Below the pieces are notes generated by a model, which saw only the letters and a program-made list of their open reading frames with translations, ran no database searches and was not told the origin of the DNA. A program made the position numbers and the translations under genes. Positions 15,947 to 25,649 of a stretch of DNA of 38,356 bases are shown piece by piece. The first letter of the stretch is position 1. Each line of letters begins with the position of its first letter. This stretch comes from Nitrospirota bacterium (GTDB taxonomy: Bacteria; Nitrospirota; Thermodesulfovibrionia; Thermodesulfovibrionales; JdFR-86): positions 1 through 38,356 of the forward strand of contig DAOWET010000216.1 in assembly GCA_030638335.1 (NCBI GenBank), read 5' to 3'.

Positions 15947-16729
15947 TCAGCGGCAGATGCCCCGCTTGTTGGCCTGCACGAACTCCACCAGGTGGCGCAC
16001 CTTGTCAGAGTAGGGGAGTTCCTCCTGTATCTTCTTGATGGCCTCGCCAAGGGGGATCTTCTCCCTGAAGAGTATCCTGTATGCGCTCTTGAGCTCGGAG
16101 ATGGTCTCGTCAGAAAAGCCATTTCGCTTGAGCCCCACAAGGTTAAGGCCGTAGAGTTTTGCCTTGTCAGCGCCGGAAGCTATCACATAGGGCGGCACGT
16201 CGTGGATTATGCGGCTGACACCGCCCAGCATCGCGTACTCCCCGATGCGCGTGAACTGGTGGACCCCGAGGAGGCCGCCAGCCACAACATGGTCCTCCAT
16301 TGTGACATGGCCCGACAGCCCGGCGTAGTTGGCCATGATAATATGGTTGCCAAGCTTGCAGTCATGCGCGATATGTACATATGCCATGAAGAAATTATCG
16401 TCACCCACAGAGGTCACTCCCTCGCCGTCCACAGAACCAACGTGAATGGTGACGTACTCCCTGATCCTGTTGTTGCTGCCCACTACCAGGGATGTCTCTT
16501 CCCCGTTGTACTTCAGGTCCTGCGGGATCATCCCGATGCAGGCATAGGGGAACAGTTCGTTGTTCTCCCCGAGCGTGGTGTTGCCATCAACTGTGACGTG
16601 GGAGATCAGGCGGGTGCCCTTGCCTATCTTCACTTTGGGGCCCACCACGCATAGCGGGCCTATATTCACTCCCTCGTCAAGCTCGGCCCCGTCCGCAATG
16701 ACGGCGGTTGGATGGATCTGCGTTTCCAT
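15947..16729 (-). CDS. lpxA: acyl-ACP--UDP-GlcNAc O-acyltransferase
   Basis: Left-handed beta-helix hexapeptide repeats (IHPTAVIADGAELDEGVNIGPLCVVG...) with a helical C-terminal domain. TAATG overlap with fabZ. Confidence 0.9.
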   Translation of the reverse strand: METQIHPTAVIADGAELDEGVNIGPLCVVGPKVKIGKGTRLISHVTVDGNTTLGENNELFPYACIGMIPQDLKYNGEETSLVVGSNNRIREYVTIHVGSVDGEGVTSVGDDNFFMAYVHIAHDCKLGNHIIMANYAGLSGHVTMEDHVVAGGLLGVHQFTRIGEYAMLGGVSRIIHDVPPYVIASGADKAKLYGLNLVGLKRNGFSDETISELKSAYRILFREKIPLGEAIKKIQEELPYSDKVRHLVEFVQANKRGICR

Positions 16730-17169
16730 TAAATCTCCTTGTCCGACAACATCGCAGTAATTTGGGCTTCAGCCACAAGGTTGTCCTCCACGTACGCCTT
16801 GCCCTCCACCTTCCAGACATGCCTGCGCCTCTGGAGCACATTTATCTCCATGCGAAGCTGGTCCCCGGGGAACACAGGCTTGCGGAACTTGGCCTTCTCT
16901 ATGCTCATGAAATAAGTGAAGAGCTTCTCTCCTTCGGCCTCGGTCTTCACGGCAAGCACCCCCGCGGCCTGCGCCATGGCCTCGACAATAAGCACGCCAG
17001 GCATCACCGGGTTGCCAGGGAAATGCCCTTGGAAAAAAGCCTCGTTCATGGTCAAGTTCTTAAGGGCCACCACACGCTCGCCTTCCACGAGTTCTTCTAT
17101 CCTGTCCACCAGCAACATGGGATACCGATGCGGGATAACATCGCATATTTCCTTAATGTCCATGCTCAT
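16729..17169 (-). CDS. fabZ: 3-hydroxyacyl-ACP dehydratase
   Basis: IPHRYPMLLVDRI ... FFQGHFPGNPVMPGVLIVEAMAQ. Confidence 0.92.
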   Translation of the reverse strand: MSMDIKEICDVIPHRYPMLLVDRIEELVEGERVVALKNLTMNEAFFQGHFPGNPVMPGVLIVEAMAQAAGVLAVKTEAEGEKLFTYFMSIEKAKFRKPVFPGDQLRMEINVLQRRRHVWKVEGKAYVEDNLVAEAQITAMLSDKEI

Positions 17170-18197
17170 TTACTCTCCCCCTTGTCATCAGCGTTTATTT
17201 TTTTCTCTAGCTCCTTCAGGCGCCTGAACAGGTCGGGCAGTTTGCCCATCAGGGGCGTTGCCTTCAAAAATTCCCTGTGCGGCATGGCCGGAGCGCCGGC
17301 GTAAATGCCTTTTTTCAGGTTGGTGTGCACACCGGTCCTGGCGGCAAGCATCGTGCCGCCCTCGATATCCACATGGTCGCTTATGGCCACCTGCCCGCCG
17401 CTCATGAGGTTGTCACCTATCGTGGTGCTGCCGGCGATACCCGCCTGGGCCGCAAAGACCACGTTCTTTCCAAGCGTTACGTTATGGGCCACGTGCACCA
17501 GGTTGTCAAGCTTTGTGCCGGCGCCTATCACTGTCTCGCCGGTGGTGGCCCTGTCAATGCATACGCAGGCCCCTATCTCCACGTCGTCCTCGACCCGTAC
17601 GCCCCCGACCTGGGGCACCTTCACATGCCCCCCGTCGCGCTGCAGGAAACCAAACCCGTCCGCGCCTATCACAGCGCCGGCATGCACGATGACCCGGTCG
17701 CCTATACTCACATTGTCCATGATGGAGACGTTGGGGTAGATGACAGTATCTTCGCCGATAGAGACCTCAAAACCTACATACGCACCTGGGTATATTATTG
17801 TCCGCTGGCCGACACTGGCCCCGTCCGAGACCACCGCGCCCGCGCCTACCGAGACCCCCTCGGCAATAGAAGCGCCTTCGTCAATATGGGCGGCCGGGCT
17901 CACGCCGGGCCCTGGGCGCCTTCTTGGATGCAGCCGGCCCAGAAGCTCTGCGAAGCTCCTGTGGGGGTCAGGCACCATTATCTGTGCGTGAGCAAGGTTG
18001 TCCTGGAACCGGTCCACGAGGATGCAGGAAGCTGCACTTGCCGAGGCAGCCTTCAGGTGTTTGCGGCCGGCAAGGAACGCCACATCGCCCTGGCCCGCGT
18101 GGTCAAGGCCCGCAACACCCGTGATCTCAAGATTCGGGTCCCCCCTGAACTCCGCTTTCAGGGAACCGGCCAGATCCTCAAGCCTCATCTCCCGCAC
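17166..18197 (-). CDS. lpxD: UDP-3-O-acylglucosamine N-acyltransferase
   Basis: The N-terminal uridine-binding region (ITGVAGLDHAGQGDVAFL) is followed by a long hexapeptide-repeat helix. It lies between skp and fabZ. Confidence 0.9.
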   Translation of the reverse strand: MREMRLEDLAGSLKAEFRGDPNLEITGVAGLDHAGQGDVAFLAGRKHLKAASASAASCILVDRFQDNLAHAQIMVPDPHRSFAELLGRLHPRRRPGPGVSPAAHIDEGASIAEGVSVGAGAVVSDGASVGQRTIIYPGAYVGFEVSIGEDTVIYPNVSIMDNVSIGDRVIVHAGAVIGADGFGFLQRDGGHVKVPQVGGVRVEDDVEIGACVCIDRATTGETVIGAGTKLDNLVHVAHNVTLGKNVVFAAQAGIAGSTTIGDNLMSGGQVAISDHVDIEGGTMLAARTGVHTNLKKGIYAGAPAMPHREFLKATPLMGKLPDLFRRLKELEKKINADDKGESK

Positions 18198-18728
18198 CTA
18201 CTCCTTTGCAGGGGTCAGCCCCTTCTTCTCGTTATAGCGCTTGATGACCTCGTCTGTTATGCTCGAGCCATCGGGCGCAAAAAGCACCATCTCGGCGGGA
18301 AGGATCAATGTGTATCCACCTTCGCGGCCGATCGCGTTTATTATATCATCGAGATCCTTGAGTATGCCCAGCTCCTTTTCCCGCTGGAGGCGAGACAGGT
18401 CCTCGTTTGACTCCCCTATTATCCGCTCCGCGTTGCGCTCTATTTTCTTGATCTCGTCGATCTTGTCACGCACCGCTTCCTCGCTCATGACCATTCGGTT
18501 GTTCTCCAGGTCCTTCTGCAGTGCCTCTCGCCGCAGGGCGAGCTTTTCCACCTCGTCGGATTTCTCCTTCACAATGGCCTCGAGCTCGATCTTGACGTTC
18601 CTGCCATGTTCCGACTGGTTCATGGCCCTTTGAAGGTCCACATAACCGACCTTTGCGGGTTCCGCGGATGCTCCCGCAGAGAAGGCAAGCAGCAACAAGG
18701 CAGCCAACACCAAAGATATCTTTCTCAT
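18198..18728 (-). CDS. skp: periplasmic chaperone Skp/OmpH
   Basis: Signal peptide, a 176-aa E/K/L-rich coiled-coil body, and the canonical position between bamA and lpxD. Confidence 0.8.
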   Translation of the reverse strand: MRKISLVLAALLLLAFSAGASAEPAKVGYVDLQRAMNQSEHGRNVKIELEAIVKEKSDEVEKLALRREALQKDLENNRMVMSEEAVRDKIDEIKKIERNAERIIGESNEDLSRLQREKELGILKDLDDIINAIGREGGYTLILPAEMVLFAPDGSSITDEVIKRYNEKKGLTPAKE

Positions 18729-18765
18729 GCGTCCTCCTTCAGGCCTCAGCCCTTACGCTTTATTA

Positions 18766-21063
18766 TCAGAACAGCGCACCTATGGCGAACTCCCACCTGT
18801 GGTCCTGCTCGTTTTCCTTGCGGTCAAGGTTCTTCGCATAGAAGAACATCAGTGGGCCTATGGGTGTTATCCACCTGAAACCCACACCCGCGGTTTTGCG
18901 CATGTCAAGGGTATCGGAACCATCGAAGGCCGTACCCGTATCAAAAAACAGATCGCCCTTCAGGCCCGCGTCCTTTATCAGCGGGAAGGTATAGTCAAAG
19001 TTGAAGAGCAGCCTCTGCCTGCCGCCAATGTAGTCTCCGTCCTCGTCATGGGGTCCGATCTTTCTCATGCCCCTTATCGTATAGGGGCCCCCAACATAGT
19101 ATTTCTCGTAAAGGGGCAGTTCGTAACCGTAAAGCCCGGTAGCGTATCCGTACCTGCCGCGCATGGAGAACTCGGTTTGCTTGCTTATGGGCAATATCCA
19201 TGCGGAATCCAGTGAGGCCTTCAGGAAATAATTGTCTCCCCCAAGGCCCGCATATGAGAACGCAAGGGTGTTTTTGGAGCCTCTGTGCGGGTTAAGGAAA
19301 TTGTCCCTGGTATCACGGCTTATAAACGGGGACATGCTGCTCAGGATGCTCTCTTCGGGAAGGTCCAGAACAGCGTCGCTGGCATCGTCGTCCACGTCAT
19401 AGACCTCGTCCAGCCGGTATGTGTATGTTGAGCCTATCTTCCAGTACTCCTTGAACCTCCGGCTCAGGCCCAGGGAGAAGCCGGTGGACATCTTCGTGTA
19501 CTCGTCGTACTCTTTCTCGCTCTTGAACACCTTTGCCGAAAACTCTATCGGGCGGTCAAAGAGCCAGGGCTCCTTGAACTCCACCGCATAAGTAGTGGAG
19601 TCGCTCGAGTACTCGGCGCTGAGTTTGAGCACCTGGCCCACGCCCCGGAAGTTTCCGAAGGTCACGTCCACCATACCCACCCACTGCTCCACCGAACTGT
19701 AGCCGGCCCCGATGTTGAACGTGCCTGTTGGTTTTTCAGTGACCTTGACCCCCAGCCTCATCACCTTGGTCTCAGGGTCGGGCGAAGTCACAAAGTCTAT
19801 GTCTCCGAAATAGTTCAGGTTCGTGAGCATCTGGAAGCTGCGCTTGAGCTTCTTGCCGTCGTACTGCTCGCCCTCGCTGAGCCTTATCTCGCGCCTTATG
19901 ACCTTGTCGTGGGTCTTGACGTTGCCCATTACGTCTATCCGGCCCACCGTGTAGATATCGCCCTCCCTGATCCGGAAGGTCACATCAGTCTCCAGGGTCT
20001 CGTCATTGGGCTTTATGTCCGGGTACACCGAGGCAAGGGCATAGCCCTGGCTCGTGATCTTGTCGCTTATCTTCTCAACGTCAGCCCTCAGCACCTTCTT
20101 GCTCATCACCTCTCCAGGAGTCAGCGCAAGCTCTTCCAGCAGTTCCTCGTCCGTGTAGAGTTCGTTCCCCTCGAAACCCAGTGCTCCCACCGTGAACTGG
20201 GAGCCCTCCTTGACGTGTATGGTTATGTCCATCCACTTGCTGTTCTTCTTGTAGGTTATCTCAGGCTCCGAGATCTCGTTTTTTATGTAGCCGTTGTTGT
20301 GGAGGTAATCGCTCAGGCGCACAAGGTCCTCCTCCAGCACTTCCTGCCTGTACTTGCCAGCCCCGGTTATGGGGGCGAACATCCACCACTCCCTGGTCTT
20401 CATTACCTTGCGGTACCTGTAGCCTGAGACCGCCTCGTTGCCGATTATGATTATGTCGTCTATCTTGACCCTGAGGCCCTCGTCTATCTGGAAGGTCAGG
20501 AGCACGTGGCCTTCGCTGATCTTGCGCAATACAGGGACCACCTGGACAAGTGGATAGCGTTTTTTCTGGTAGAGCCCCACGATGCTGCGGACATTGTCCT
20601 GGATAAGGGCCATGTCAGCCACCGCGCCGGGGCTTATGGTGATAACGTCGTCAATGTACTCGTCCTCTACAATATCGTTGCCGTATACCTCCACCCGGCG
20701 TATCGTGGGCTTCTCCTCTAGTTTATAGGTCAGCACCACGCCTCCCTCAAGGGGCTCCACATCCACCTGCACGTCCTCGAAATATCCGGTCTGGAAGAGG
20801 GTATGGATATCAGCGGTGATGCCTTCAGTGGAGATGGGCTGCCCTGGGCGCTGGCTGATGCGCTCTAACACCACGGACTCGTCAATACGGTTAAGGCCGC
20901 TTACCTTGATATCATTGACTATGGGCATGGCGGCGCCTTCCGCATGAACCGGAGGCGCAAGCACCAGGGCCGCGGACCCTGCCACCCCCAGGACAAGCAG
21001 CATCACCATGCATATCTTGAAAACGTAATTTATTTTAGGAATCCCCATGTCATTCACAAACAA
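18766..21063 (-). CDS. bamA: outer membrane protein assembly factor BamA
   Basis: Signal peptide, repeated POTRA-like modules, and a C-terminal beta-barrel ending in an aromatic residue (...WEFAIGALF). The true start may be ATG 21048 rather than TTG 21063. Confidence 0.9.
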   Translation of the reverse strand: MFVNDMGIPKINYVFKICMVMLLVLGVAGSAALVLAPPVHAEGAAMPIVNDIKVSGLNRIDESVVLERISQRPGQPISTEGITADIHTLFQTGYFEDVQVDVEPLEGGVVLTYKLEEKPTIRRVEVYGNDIVEDEYIDDVITISPGAVADMALIQDNVRSIVGLYQKKRYPLVQVVPVLRKISEGHVLLTFQIDEGLRVKIDDIIIIGNEAVSGYRYRKVMKTREWWMFAPITGAGKYRQEVLEEDLVRLSDYLHNNGYIKNEISEPEITYKKNSKWMDITIHVKEGSQFTVGALGFEGNELYTDEELLEELALTPGEVMSKKVLRADVEKISDKITSQGYALASVYPDIKPNDETLETDVTFRIREGDIYTVGRIDVMGNVKTHDKVIRREIRLSEGEQYDGKKLKRSFQMLTNLNYFGDIDFVTSPDPETKVMRLGVKVTEKPTGTFNIGAGYSSVEQWVGMVDVTFGNFRGVGQVLKLSAEYSSDSTTYAVEFKEPWLFDRPIEFSAKVFKSEKEYDEYTKMSTGFSLGLSRRFKEYWKIGSTYTYRLDEVYDVDDDASDAVLDLPEESILSSMSPFISRDTRDNFLNPHRGSKNTLAFSYAGLGGDNYFLKASLDSAWILPISKQTEFSMRGRYGYATGLYGYELPLYEKYYVGGPYTIRGMRKIGPHDEDGDYIGGRQRLLFNFDYTFPLIKDAGLKGDLFFDTGTAFDGSDTLDMRKTAGVGFRWITPIGPLMFFYAKNLDRKENEQDHRWEFAIGALF

Positions 21064-21114
21064 ATAGTATATATGCTCTTTTAATATGGAAACAAGGTAT
21101 ACAGGGGGGGCGGA

Positions 21115-21144
21115 TGATCTCAGGGGCTCTTGCCCCTGCGATCA
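21115..21144. other. 13-bp inverted repeat (one mismatch) between proA and bamA
   Basis: tgatctcaggggc-tctt-gcccctgcgatca. On the minus strand it follows the proA stop by ~20 nt but has no U-tail, and the T-run lies on the plus side only. Confidence 0.4.
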
Positions 21145-21164
21145 GAACATTTATCCTTTTTTTA

Positions 21165-22424
21165 TCAGCTCCTTACCTGGCCATTGCCAAAAACGATGAA
21201 CTTCTGGCAGGTAAGCTCTGTAAGGCCCATGGGCCCGCGCGCGTGGAGCTTGTCCGTGGCAATGCCGATCTCCGCGCCAAGACCGTACTGGAAACCATCC
21301 GCGAAACGGGTGGAGGCGTTGACCATTACAGACGATGAGTCCACCTCCCGGACGAACCTCATGGCCCTTGCATAGTCGCGGGTAATAATGCTCTCGGTGT
21401 GGGCCGAGCTGTAGGTGTCAATATGGTCCATGGCGTCCTGCATGTCAGAGACCACCTTCACGCTCATGGCGAGTTCAAGGTATTCGTTGTGATAATCCGC
21501 GTCCAGGGCCTCCTCCATGTCCGGCACGATCTGGCGGCTCTTCGCGCATCCCTTTATAGTGGTCACGCCTTCGGCGCGGAGCTTACTAATCACCCGGGGC
21601 AGAAACTCTCCAGCCACGGGCCCGTCCACAAGCAGTGTCTCCATTGCGTTGCATGTGCCGGGTCGCTGAACTTTAGCGTTTATAACAACTGACTCGGCCA
21701 TGTCCATGTCAGCCGCGCGGTCCACGAACACATGGCACACGCCCTTATAGTGCTTGAGCACGGGGATGCGCGAGTTCTCGGAAACGGCGCGTATCAGGCC
21801 CTCGCCCCCACGGGGGATGACGAGGTCAACTATGCCTTCGAGCTTGAGCATCTCCTGCACGGCCTGCCTGTCGGGTGTGTCCAGAAACGTCACAGCGCCC
21901 TCGTGCAGCCCGGCCTCGCTTATTGCGGCCCTCAAGATGTCCACAATGGCCCTGTTTGAGTTTATGGCCTCGGAACCGCCTTTTAAGAGCACTGCGTTGC
22001 CGGCCTTCAGGCAAAGCGCCGTTGCGTCCGCGGTAACGTTGGGGCGGCTCTCGTATATTATCGAGATGACCCCTATGGGCACGCGCATGCGGCCGACTTT
22101 TAATTTATTGGGCCTCTCCCACATGCCTGTGACCTCTCCCACGGGGTCAGGGAGCGCGGCAACCTGCTCAAGGCCAAGGGCCATCTCCTCTATGCGCTCG
22201 TCATTAAGGAGAAGCCTGTCCACCATGGCAGGGGTCAAGCCCTTTTCTTTAGCCGCTACTATGTCTTTGTCGTTCTCTGTTTTAAGAGTTTCAGCACGCT
22301 CGCGGATCAGGGCTGCCATCTTAAGGAGGGCCTTGTTCTTGTCCTGGCTGGAAGCGCGCCCCAGCTCACGCGCGCCCTTTTTGGCCTCAACCGCCTTGTC
22401 ATATACGAACTGTTTTATATCCAT
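21165..22424 (-). CDS. proA: gamma-glutamyl phosphate reductase
   Basis: VNASTRFADGFQYGLGAEIGIATDKLHARGPMGL, with aldehyde dehydrogenase-like length. Start taken at ATG 22424, 7 nt after AGGAG. Confidence 0.9.
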   Translation of the reverse strand: MDIKQFVYDKAVEAKKGARELGRASSQDKNKALLKMAALIRERAETLKTENDKDIVAAKEKGLTPAMVDRLLLNDERIEEMALGLEQVAALPDPVGEVTGMWERPNKLKVGRMRVPIGVISIIYESRPNVTADATALCLKAGNAVLLKGGSEAINSNRAIVDILRAAISEAGLHEGAVTFLDTPDRQAVQEMLKLEGIVDLVIPRGGEGLIRAVSENSRIPVLKHYKGVCHVFVDRAADMDMAESVVINAKVQRPGTCNAMETLLVDGPVAGEFLPRVISKLRAEGVTTIKGCAKSRQIVPDMEEALDADYHNEYLELAMSVKVVSDMQDAMDHIDTYSSAHTESIITRDYARAMRFVREVDSSSVMVNASTRFADGFQYGLGAEIGIATDKLHARGPMGLTELTCQKFIVFGNGQVRS

Positions 22425-22652
22425 AAGATGTCTCCTGTAACATACATGTTTTGATTCAAACACCTTGCGTCCATTCGATGGACACCACTAACGCAATATT
22501 ATACGTAACTTAAGTAAGGTTTTTCAGGGAAGTCTATTAATTAGTATTTAATCAAGGACTCTGATTTGACGTAGATTCAGCAACTCTAATTTTAGGCACA
22601 AACACGGGTCGAGGTGCTGTAGATACAAGTAAGAAGTCGCGAAGTAGTACAT

Positions 22653-22698
22653 GTCGTACTTCGAGCGGCTTATTGCGAAGTAGATGCAGTGCATTCGG
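22653..22698. repeat. copy 2 of the dispersed ~46-bp repeat
   Basis: gtcgtacttcgagcggcttattgcgaagtagatgcagtgcattcgg. It starts 6 nt beyond the stop of the small minus-strand ORF 22705..22857. A partial extra unit (gcgaagtagtac) lies at 22639-22650. Confidence 0.8.
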
Positions 22699-22704
22699 CC
22701 CGTG

Positions 22705-22857
22705 TCAGCGTGATTTAAAGCCGGGGCAGCCGATAAAGCCCTTGCACCCCTCTTTTATGAGCTTGCATTTGGTGTTTACACAGATTGACCTCTCGCCCAC
22801 CTTACCATAAGGGCTGTTCCTCTTAACTGATTTCTTTTTAATTGGCTTCTTTTTCAT
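22705..22857 (-). CDS. candidate 50-aa basic Cys-rich small protein
   Basis: [50 protein letters not shown]. The ATG overlaps the last 20 nt of rsmG. It falls below the ORF-track size cut-off, and I recognise no family. Confidence 0.35.
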   Translation of the reverse strand: MKKKPIKKKSVKRNSPYGKVGERSICVNTKCKLIKEGCKGFIGCPGFKSR

Positions 22858-23476
22858 TTCTTACAATGATCAGTTTTCGAGTTGCGCCTTCCTTCGGAAG
22901 CATTACCTCTACCTCTTCATAAGCAATCCCCGCCTCGTCAGCCTCGGCAAGCTCATCTTTACCCTTGGGGCCCTTGTTCAGGATGAACAGACCGCCCGGC
23001 TTCACGATATGCCCGGCCTGCTTCACCAGTTCCTTCACACTAAACAGCGCCCTCGTGCATACGGCATCCACCTCCAGATCATCCACATCCTCTACCCTTG
23101 AGCGCAAAGTAGAGATCCCGTCAAGCTTTAGCCTGGATATGAGGTTCCTTAAAAACGTATCCTTCTTCCGCACGGGCTCTACAAGTATTACTTCCAGATG
23201 CGGCCTCAGTATCTTAAGCACAACGCCCGGAAACCCGGCCCCGGCGCCAATGTCCGCAATGCTTTTTATCTCAGGGGGAATAACCTTCAGGTACAGGGCG
23301 GAATCCAGGAAGTGCTTTACGACTATGCCCTCATCCGTCTTAATAGAGGTCAAGCTGTAAGCCCTGTTCCAGCGCTTGAGTTCAGAGAGATAGACAAGAA
23401 GTTTCTCAACCTGGGCATCAGATGTTTCAACACCAAGCTCGGAAAGGCCGTTTAGTAAAAGCTCTCTAGGCTCCAC
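22838..23476 (-). CDS. rsmG: 16S rRNA (guanine527-N7)-methyltransferase
   Basis: SAM-binding [14 protein letters not shown]. Its position directly after mnmG, with an 11-nt overlap, fits the call. Confidence 0.9.
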   Translation of the reverse strand: MEPRELLLNGLSELGVETSDAQVEKLLVYLSELKRWNRAYSLTSIKTDEGIVVKHFLDSALYLKVIPPEIKSIADIGAGAGFPGVVLKILRPHLEVILVEPVRKKDTFLRNLISRLKLDGISTLRSRVEDVDDLEVDAVCTRALFSVKELVKQAGHIVKPGGLFILNKGPKGKDELAEADEAGIAYEEVEVMLPKEGATRKLIIVRNEKEAN

Positions 23477-25340
23477 CGCGCCTGAGCCTCTCGATGCTCA
23501 CAAGGATGAGCGTGACAGCAACGGGCGTGATGCCGGGGATGCGTCCTGCCTGCCCTATGCTCTCGGGGCGCACCTCCTCGAGCTTTGAGACCACCTCTCG
23601 CGAGAGCCCGCTTATTGTGGTATAGTCGAATTCCTGCGGGATGCGCTGGGCCTCTGAGCGCAGGAGTTTCTCCGCGCTTTCCATCTGCCGGGCTATATAG
23701 CCCTCGTACTTCACCTCTATCCGCACGCGCCTTCCTGCATCCTCGCTCACAGGCTCGGAAGAAGGGGCGTGCCCCCTGATAAAGGAATACTCAACCTCAG
23801 GGCGTTTTAACAATTGCTCAAGGGTGGCCCCATCTGTAAGGGCGCTTGTACCCAGGGCCTCAAGGGCCTTTGAGGCCTCCTTGTTTGCAGGGGAGATGGT
23901 AGTGTTTTTCAGGCGCTGCTTTTCTGTTTCCATCATCCGCTTTCTCTCAAGGAACTCCCTGTGGGCGGCCTCAGGCAGCAGGCCCGCCTCCCGGCCCTTG
24001 TCCGATAGCCTCATATCGGCGTTGTCGTGTCTCAGGAGCAGGCGGTACTCCGCCCGCGAGGTGAATATCCTGTATGGCTCCTTGGTGCCCTTTGTCACCA
24101 GGTCGTCTATGAGCACACCTATATAGGCCTCCTGGCGGCCAAGCACAAGGGGGTCGCGGCCCTGTATCTTCAAGGATGCGTTGATTCCCGCCATAAGGCC
24201 CTGGGCTGCGGCCTCTTCATAACCGGATGTCCCGTTTATCTGGCCCGCAAGATAGAGCCCCTCAAGCCTCTTTGTCTCAAGCGAGTGCCAAAGTTCGGTG
24301 GGTTCCACATAGTCGTACTCAATGGCGTAGGCCGGGCGCATTATCTGGGCCTCCTCAAGGCCCGGGATCGAGCGCACCAGCCTCAACTGAACATCATAGG
24401 GCAGGCTCGTGGAGATGCCGTTTGCGTAGTATTCCGTTGTCCGAAGCCCCTCGGGCTCAAGGAACACCTGGTGCCTGGGCCGGTCCCTGAACCTCACCAC
24501 CTTGTCCTCTATGGAGGGGCAGTAGCGGGGGCCAACGCCCTTTATCACGCCCCCATAAAGAGGGGAGCGGTCAAGGCTTGACAATATTATCCTGTGTGTC
24601 TCCTCGTTGGTATAGGTCATGTAACACGGAAGCTGCGGGTTTCCGATCTCAGTCGTGCGATAGGAGAACGGCTCAGGAGGGTCGTCGCCGTGCTGGGCCA
24701 CAGTCTGGGAGAAATCTATGCTCCGCGCGTCAAGGCGGGGAGGTGTGCCAGTCTTGAGCCTGCCCATCCGGAAACCAAGCGAGCCAAGGGAATCGGACAG
24801 CCCAACCGAGGGGAACTCCCCCGCGCGCCCTGCCTCATGGTGCTCAAGCCCCACGTGCATCAGACCTTTGAGAAACGTACCGGTGGTGACGACCACGGCC
24901 TGTGCCGTGTATTCCATCCCGGTCCGGTCAGCAACCCCCCTTACAGAGCCGTCCTCAATAAGAAGCTTCTCGATAGTTGCCTGCTTGAGGTCGAGCCCCT
25001 CCTGCGCCTCTACCTCCTGGCGCATGGCCTCGCGGTACATGGCCCTGTCACACTGGGCCCTCAAAGCCCAGACCGCGGGGCCCTTTGAACGGTTGAGCAT
25101 GCGAAACTGGATGCCCGCCGCATCAGAGACCAGTGCCATCTGCCCCCCAAGGGCGTCTATCTCCCTGACGAGGTGCCCCTTTGCGAGCCCCCCTATGGCA
25201 GGGTTGCATGACATCTGCGCCACCGTGTCCAGGCTCATGGTGAACAGGCACGTGTGAAGCCCCATGCGCGCTGAGGCCAGGGCTGCCTCGCACCCGGCGT
25301 GGCCCGCTCCTATGACAATTACGTCGTAATCCATATACAT
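23466..25340 (-). CDS. mnmG: tRNA uridine 5-carboxymethylaminomethyl modification enzyme
   Basis: [18 protein letters not shown] motif, 624 aa, with conserved GidA blocks ([27 protein letters not shown]). Confidence 0.95.
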   Translation of the reverse strand: MYMDYDVIVIGAGHAGCEAALASARMGLHTCLFTMSLDTVAQMSCNPAIGGLAKGHLVREIDALGGQMALVSDAAGIQFRMLNRSKGPAVWALRAQCDRAMYREAMRQEVEAQEGLDLKQATIEKLLIEDGSVRGVADRTGMEYTAQAVVVTTGTFLKGLMHVGLEHHEAGRAGEFPSVGLSDSLGSLGFRMGRLKTGTPPRLDARSIDFSQTVAQHGDDPPEPFSYRTTEIGNPQLPCYMTYTNEETHRIILSSLDRSPLYGGVIKGVGPRYCPSIEDKVVRFRDRPRHQVFLEPEGLRTTEYYANGISTSLPYDVQLRLVRSIPGLEEAQIMRPAYAIEYDYVEPTELWHSLETKRLEGLYLAGQINGTSGYEEAAAQGLMAGINASLKIQGRDPLVLGRQEAYIGVLIDDLVTKGTKEPYRIFTSRAEYRLLLRHDNADMRLSDKGREAGLLPEAAHREFLERKRMMETEKQRLKNTTISPANKEASKALEALGTSALTDGATLEQLLKRPEVEYSFIRGHAPSSEPVSEDAGRRVRIEVKYEGYIARQMESAEKLLRSEAQRIPQEFDYTTISGLSREVVSKLEEVRPESIGQAGRIPGITPVAVTLILVSIERLRRGGA

Positions 25341-25380
25341 TTATTATACTGGCTTGGTTATGAGGGAATAAATCCGCCCT

Positions 25381-25433
25381 AAAAGAGCAAGGGGATCAAT
25401 GACTCCATTTATGGAAGGGGGATCATGAGCCCA
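25381..25433. repeat. left copy of the imperfect direct repeat flanking the NYN gene
   Basis: aaaagagcaaggggatcaatgactccatttatggaagggggatcatgagccc. It aligns with 26333-26381 at about 32 of 41 core positions. Internal imperfect inverted arms are atgactcc / ggatcat. Confidence 0.7.
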
Positions 25434-25469
25434 CATTACGAGGAACCCATAAGGGAAAGCATCTAAAGC

Positions 25470-25499
25470 TTGACAAACCATATATGGTTGGAGTAATCT
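25470..25499 (+). promoter_or_regulatory. candidate sigma70 promoter for the NYN gene
   Basis: TTGACA (25470-25475), an 18-nt spacer containing the palindrome CCATATATGG, then TAATCT (25494-25499). Confidence 0.4.
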
Positions 25500-25514
25500 T
25501 TAATTGCAGAATCC

Positions 25515-25535
25515 CTCGGAGTGAAAGTCTCCGAG
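25515..25535 (+). promoter_or_regulatory. leader hairpin 1
   Basis: ctcggag-tgaaagt-ctccgag forms a 7-bp perfect stem. Confidence 0.5.
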
Positions 25536-25546
25536 ACTTACCATCC

Positions 25547-25574
25547 CTCACACTGTGTTGTCAGTGTGGGTTTT
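25547..25574 (+). terminator. leader hairpin 2 with U-tail (terminator/attenuator-like)
   Basis: cctcacact-gtgttgtc-agtgtggg forms 8 bp including one G-U pair, followed by tttt. Confidence 0.5.
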
Positions 25575-25581
25575 AAAGTCC

Positions 25582-25614
25582 CAGGGAGCCATAATTGGCT
25601 CCCTGTTCTATTTT
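25582..25614 (+). terminator. leader hairpin 3 with U-rich tail (terminator/attenuator-like)
   Basis: cagggagcc-ataatt-ggctccctg forms a perfect 9-bp stem followed by ttctatttt. It ends 36 nt before the ATG at 25650. Confidence 0.6.
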
Positions 25615-25649
25615 GTAAGTATTTTAACCTGTTATGGAGGTATGTTCGT

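Noticed and set aside
17277-18410. A 377-aa plus-strand ORF, with nested ORFs at 17305-17739 and 17740-17991.
   Set aside because: It is antisense to lpxD and skp. The periodic hexapeptide-repeat coding of lpxD keeps the opposite strand open, and the product has no coding character of its own.
25521-25649. The N-terminal extension of the NYN ORF from the GTG at 25521, as in the ORF track.
   Set aside because: The GTG lies inside leader hairpin 1, and the extension runs through two terminator-like hairpins. The ATG at 25650 has a GGAGG RBS, and the NYN fold begins right there (MKVKIFVDFWN).
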